From NCBI GenBank assembly GCA_950097015.1, contig CATNEN010000031.1:372001-436000 (forward strand): a DNA stretch of 64,000 nucleotides, in the 5' to 3' direction. The notes under the pieces are model-generated. The model searched no databases. It was not told the origin of the DNA and saw only the letters and a program-made list of their open reading frames with translations. Below, one piece after another: positions 58,883-64,000 of the stretch. Made by a program: the position numbers and the translations under genes. The stretch is from Macrostomum hystrix (lineage: Eukaryota; Animalia; Platyhelminthes). Within the stretch, counting starts at the first letter, position 1. Every line of letters starts with the position of its first letter.

Positions 58883-60815
58883 ATCAGAGCTAGCTGATCT
58901 GGGAGCAGGGAAGCCAAAGCTAGCTGATCTGGGAGCAGGGAAGCCAAAGCTAGCTGATCTGGGAGCAGGGAAGCCAAAGCTAGCTGATCTGGGAGCAGGG
59001 AAGCCAAAGCTAGCTGATCTGGGAGCAGGGAAGCCAAAGCTAGCTGATCTGGGAGCAGGGAAACCAAAGCTAGCTGATCTGGGAGCAGGGAAGCCAAAGC
59101 TAGCTGATCTGGGAGCAGGAAAACCAAAGCTAGCTGATCTGGGAGCAGGGAAGCCAAAGCTAGCTGATCTGGGAGCAGGGAAGCCAAAGCTAGCTGATCT
59201 GGGAGCAGGGAAGCCAAAGCTAGCTGATCTGGGAGCAGGGAAGCCAAAGCTAGCTGATCTGGGAGCAGGGAAGCCAAAGCTAGCTGATCTGGGAGCAGGG
59301 AAGCCAAAGCTAGCTGATCTGGGAGCAGGGAAGCCAAAGCTAGCTGATCTGGGAGCAGGAAAACCAAAGCTAGCTGATCTGGGAGCAGGGAAGCCAAAGC
59401 TAGCTGATCTGGGAGCAGGGAAGCCAAAGCTAGCTGATCTGGGAGCAGGGAAGCCAAAGCTAGCTGATCTGGGAGCAGGGAAGCCAAAGCTAGCTGATCT
59501 GGGAGCAGGGAAGCCAAAGCTAGCTGATCTGGGAGCAGGGAAGCCAAAGCTAGCTGATCTGGGAGCAGGGAAGCCAAAGCTAGCTGATCTGGGAGCAGGG
59601 AAGCCAAAGCTAGCTGATCTGGGAGCAGGGAAGCCAAAGCTAGCTGATCTGGGAGCAGGGAAGCCAAAGCTAGCTGATCTGGGAGCAGGAAAACCAAAGC
59701 TAGCTGATCTGGGAGCAGGGAAGCCAAAGCTAGCTGATCTGGGAGCAGGGAAGCCAAAGCTAGCTGATCTGGGAGCAGGGAAGCCAAAGCTAGCTGATCT
59801 GGGAGCAGGGAAGCCAAAGCTAGCTGATCTGGGAGCAGGGAAGCCAAAGCTAGCTGATCTGGGAGCAGGAAAACCAAAGCTAGCTGATCTGGGAGCAGGG
59901 AAGCCAAAGCTAGCTGATCTGGGAGCAGGGAAGCCAAAGCTAGCTGATCTGGGAGCAGGGAAGCCAAAGCTAGCTGATCTGGGAGCAGGGAAGCCAAAGC
60001 TAGCTGATCTGGGAGCAGGGAAGCCAAAGCTAGCTGATCTGGGAGCAGGGAAGCCAAAGCTAGCTGATCTGGGAGCAGGGAAGCCAAAGCTAGCTGATCT
60101 GGGAGCAGGGAAGCCAAAGCTAGCTGATCTGGGAGCAGGGAAGCCAAAGCTAGCTGATCTGGGAGCAGGGAAGCCAAAGCTAGCTGATCTGGGAGCAGGA
60201 AAACCAAAGCTAGCTGATCTGGGAGCAGGGAAGCCAAAGCTAGCTGATCTGGGAGCAGGGAAGCCAAAGCTAGCTGATCTGGGAGCAGGGAAGCCAAAGC
60301 TAGCTGATCTGGGAGCAGGGAAGCCAAAGCTAGCTGATCTGGGAGCAGGGAAGCCAAAGCTAGCTGATCTGGGAGCAGGGAAGCCAAAGCTAGCTGATCT
60401 GGGAGCAGGGAAGCCAAAGCTAGCTGATCTGGGAGCAGGGAAGCCAAAGCTAGCTGATCTGGGAGCAGGGAAGCCAAAGCTAGCTGATCTGGGAGCAGGG
60501 AAGCCAAAGCTAGCTGATCTGGGAGCAGGGAAGCCAAAGCTAGCTGATCTGGGAGCAGGGAAGCCAAAGCTAGCTGATCTGGGAGCAGGGAAGCCAAAGC
60601 TAGCTGATCTGGGAGCAGGGAAGCCAAAGCTAGCTGATCTGGGAGCAGGGAAGCCAAAGCTAGCTGATCTGGGAGCAGGGAAGCCAAAGCTAGCTGATCT
60701 GGGAGCAGGGAACCCAAAGCTAGCTGATCTAGAAGTAAAGAAAACCAAAGCTAGTTGATCTAGGAGCAGGGAAACCAAAGCTAGCTGATCTAGAAGTGGA
60801 GGAAACCAAAGCTAG
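58883..60815. repeat. 30-bp satellite (AAAGCTAGCTGATCTGGGAGCAGGGAAGCC)n, ~64 very homogeneous units
   Basis: Lines repeat exactly every 60 nt. Confidence 0.98.
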
Positions 60816-61085
60816 CTGATCTGGGAGTGTGGAAACTACAGCTAGCTGATCTGGGAGTGTGGAAACTACAGCTAGCTGATCTGGGAGTGTGGAAACTACA
60901 GCTAGCTGATCTTGGAGTGTGGAAACCACAGCTAGCTGATCTGGGAGTGTGGAAACTACAGCTAGCTGATCTGGGAGTGTGGAAACTACAGCTAGCTGAT
61001 CTGGGAGTGTGGAAACTACAGCTAGCTGATCTGGGAGTGTGGAAACCACAGCTAGCTGATCTGGGAATGTGGAAACCAAAGCTGC
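60816..61085. repeat. 30-bp variant block (GCTAGCTGATCTGGGAGTGTGGAAACTACA)n
   Basis: Direct reading; about 9 units. Confidence 0.95.
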
Positions 61086-62089
61086 TGTCCTTCCTAAAAT
61101 GGAAGGTACTTAAAACTTGTCACGGTGACTTAATGAATTCGGCGACGGTACATTAACATGCAGAAAACTTTAGTGCATACATACTCGTCTCGTCACTATT
61201 TCTGCGCTTTTGAGCAGTCTACAAAAGTTTCCTATTAAATGATAATATATTTTCATATATATTTTTTCAAAACTGCCAGACAGACAGTAGCTTATAATAA
61301 AGCACCCACTCACAGGGTGGAGACATACTTTTAAATTTAAATTCATTTACAAGAACCCAGATTGTCATGACACACGCGGACACGCATGAGAACTCAGCTA
61401 TTTCCTAAAGCTACCTGGTAGGTTAGAAAAAGTAAAGCCTTTTGTTTCTATGGGAATATACCGAGAATTTCCAGTTAAAGTCAGCTAAAGGGTGGATAGA
61501 GAAATGCTTATTACACGAGCTAAGTAGGTAGAAACATAGGTAACATAAGGTAGAAACAGTGTTGCAAGTTTTTCTCCTTCTCAACTTTCTCACACAGACT
61601 GCAGGCAGCGGGCTCTCTACACGGCTGCACACACGGCCTATGCACAAAGCATTTAGTATTAGCACTTTCTTTCTATGTATCGAAGCGTGTAGTCTGCTGA
61701 ATACACAAGCCAGCACCGAGCGGCTAATTACCAGCTATAGCTAAGGCGGCCAGGTATAGCAGCACAGTTCGATGAATAGCGAGCCAGAGGTGGTAACTCG
61801 TGCCAGTCAACTAATATTGCAAAGCATTGGCTGCAACTAAGCACACTAGCATAAGCAGGAACTGCTTTTCAATGTCGCAACGAATATACGAGCGTACATA
61901 CTCGTACAATAGTCAATATTTATTCCAGATATATGCCGCCTCGCCAATCCTTTGTGGCTTTCAATGCAGCGTGCACATCGGCAGTTATTGTTTACAGATG
62001 CGTGCGAGTGTTTGCACGAGTGGCCGACCAGCCACTTGCCTTCCATACAATGTTACTGCGAAATCATGTGTTTGGAAACCATGTCTAAA

Positions 62090-64000
62090 TGATCTGGGAG
62101 TGTGGATACCAAAGCTGGGAGTGTGGATACCAAAGCTGGGAGTGTGGATACCAAAGCTGGGAGTGAGGAAACCAAAGCTGGGAGTGTGGAAACCAAAGCT
62201 GGGAGTGTGGATACCAAAGCTGGGAGTGAGGATACCAAAGCTGGGAGTGTGGAAACCAAAGCTGGGAGTGTGGAAACCAAAGCTGGGAGTGTGGATACCA
62301 AAGCTGGGAGTGTGGATACCAAAGCTGGGAGTGTGGATACCAAATCTGGGAGTGTGGATACCAAAGCTGGGAGTGAGGAAACCAAAGCTGGGAGTGTGGA
62401 TACCAAAGCTGGGAGTGAGGATACCAAAGCTGGGAGTGTGGATACCAAAGCTGGGAGTGAGGATACCAAAGCTGGGAGTGTGGAAACCAAAGCTGGGAGT
62501 GTGGATACCAAAGCTGGGAGTGTGGATACCAAAGCTGGGAGTGTGGAAACAAAAGCTGGGAGTGTGGATACCAAAGCTGGGAGTGTGGATACCAAAGCTG
62601 GGAGTGTGGATACCAAAGCTGGGAGTGTGGAAACCAAAGCTGGGAGTGTGGATACCAAAGCTGGGAGTGTGGATACCAAAGCTGGGAGTGTGGATACCAA
62701 AGCTGGGAGTGTGGATACCAAAGCTGGGAGTGTGGAAACCAAAGCTGGGAGTGTGGATACCAAAGCTGGGAGTGTGGAAACCAAAGCTGGGAGTGTGGAA
62801 ACCAAAGCTGGCTGATCTGGGAGTGTGGATACCAAAGCTGGCTGATCTGGGAGCGTGGATACCAAAGCTGGGAGTGTGGATACCAAAGCTGGGAGTGTGG
62901 AAACCAAAGCTGGGAGTGTGGATACCAAAGCTGGGAGTGTGGATACCAAAGCTGGGAGTGTGGATACCAAAGCTGGGAGTGTGGAAACCAAAGCTGGGAG
63001 TGTGGAAACCAAAGCTGGCTGATCTGGGAGTGTGGAAACCTAAGCTGGCTGATCTGGGAGTGTGGATACCAAAGCTGGCTGATCTGGGAGTGTGGAAACC
63101 TAAGCTGGCTGATCTGGGAGTGTGGATACCAAAGCTGGCTGATCTGGGAGTGTGGATACCAAAGCTGGGAGTGTGGAAACCAAAGCTGGGAGTGTGGATA
63201 CCAAAGCTTGCTGATCTGGGAGTGTGGAAACCTAAGCTGGCTGATCTGGGAGTGTGGATACCAAAGCTGGCTGATCTGGGAGCGTGGATACCAAAGCTGG
63301 GAGTGAGGAAACCAAAGCTGGGAGTGTGGAAACCAAAGCTGGGAGTGTGGATACCAAAGCTGGGAGTGTGGATACCAAAGCTGGGAGTGTGGAAACCAAA
63401 GCTGGGAGTGTGGATACCAAAGCTGGGAGTGTGGAAACCAAAGCTGGCTGATCTGGGAGTGTGGAAACCTAAGCTGGCTGATCTGGGAGTGTGGATACCA
63501 AAGCTGGCTGATCTGGGAGTGTGGAAACCTAAGCTGGCTGATCTGGGAGTGTGGATACCAAAGCTGGCTGATCTGGGAGTGTGGATACCAAAGCTGGGAG
63601 TGTGGAAACCAAAGCTGGGAGTGTGGATACCAAAGCTTGCTGATCTGGGAGTGTGGAAACCTAAGCTGGCTGATCTGGGAGTGTGGATACCAAAGCTGGC
63701 TGATCTGGGAGCGTGGATACCAAAGCTGGGAGTGAGGAAACCAAAGCTGGGAGTGTGGAAACCAAAGCTGGGAGTGTGGATACCAAAGCTGGGAGTGTGG
63801 ATACCAAAGCTGGGAGTGTGGAAACCAAAGCTGGGAGTGTGGATACCAAAGCTGGGAGTGTGGAAACCAAAGTTGGGAGTGTGGATACCAAAGCTGGGAG
63901 TGTGGAAACCAAAGCTGGGAGTGTGGATACCAAAGCTGGGAGTGTGGAAACCAAAGCTGGCTGATCTGGGAGCGTGGAAACCTAAGCTGACTGATCTGGG
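62090..64000. repeat. 21/30-bp mixed satellite (AAAGCTGGGAGTGTGGATACC, with or without a 9-nt CTGATCTGG insert) with a ~429-bp higher-order repeat
   Basis: 7-aa and 10-aa periodic spurious ORFs; 63001-63440 recurs from 63430; runs to the window end. Confidence 0.96.

Noticed and set aside
58816-60778. 633- and 640-aa ORFs, and the 237-319 aa ORFs at 62-64 kb
   Set aside because: Translations of 30- and 21-bp satellites whose units lack stops in those frames; they lie in an intron-like region, antisense or in several frames at once, with no splice or codon signal.
61423-61716. ORF ending ...SVYSHRNKRLYFF as a possible upstream FERM exon
   Set aside because: Only a faint resemblance to the expected GILVFEG..KIGLFF segment, and it ends in a stop rather than a donor.

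Overview
Repeat-rich animal genomic DNA, with spliceosomal GT-AG genes, tRNA-derived SINEs, DNA transposons and many minisatellites. The composition suggests an invertebrate such as a macrostomid flatworm, but this is unverified. Three conventional genes can be assembled by hand: a 2-exon cytochrome b561-family gene (-), a 9-exon compact myosin-light-chain-kinase-family gene (+), and the 3' part of a Yurt/EPB41L5-like FERM-FA gene (-). The most interesting part is 33.4-49.5 kb, which the ORF track fragments. It holds three tandem minus-strand paralogs of an apparently uncharacterised type-I membrane receptor: signal peptide, F-type-lectin/discoidin-like domain, 1-4 non-canonical Ig-like domains, TM helix, and a cytoplasmic tail. 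The tail tyrosine motifs (mostly PN|TVY) are created at exon-exon junctions of duplicated mini-exons. One paralog is intact (707 aa), one has an intron built from about 22 copies of its own splice acceptor, and one is decaying. Also present: a very young gag-protease-only Ty3/Gypsy derivative with a -1 frameshift pseudoknot, an hAT MITE, a maT-like mariner, two SINE families, and a 3.33-kb tandem duplication with a fold-back junction. All gene models were built by reading frames and splice phases by eye; no database search was run.
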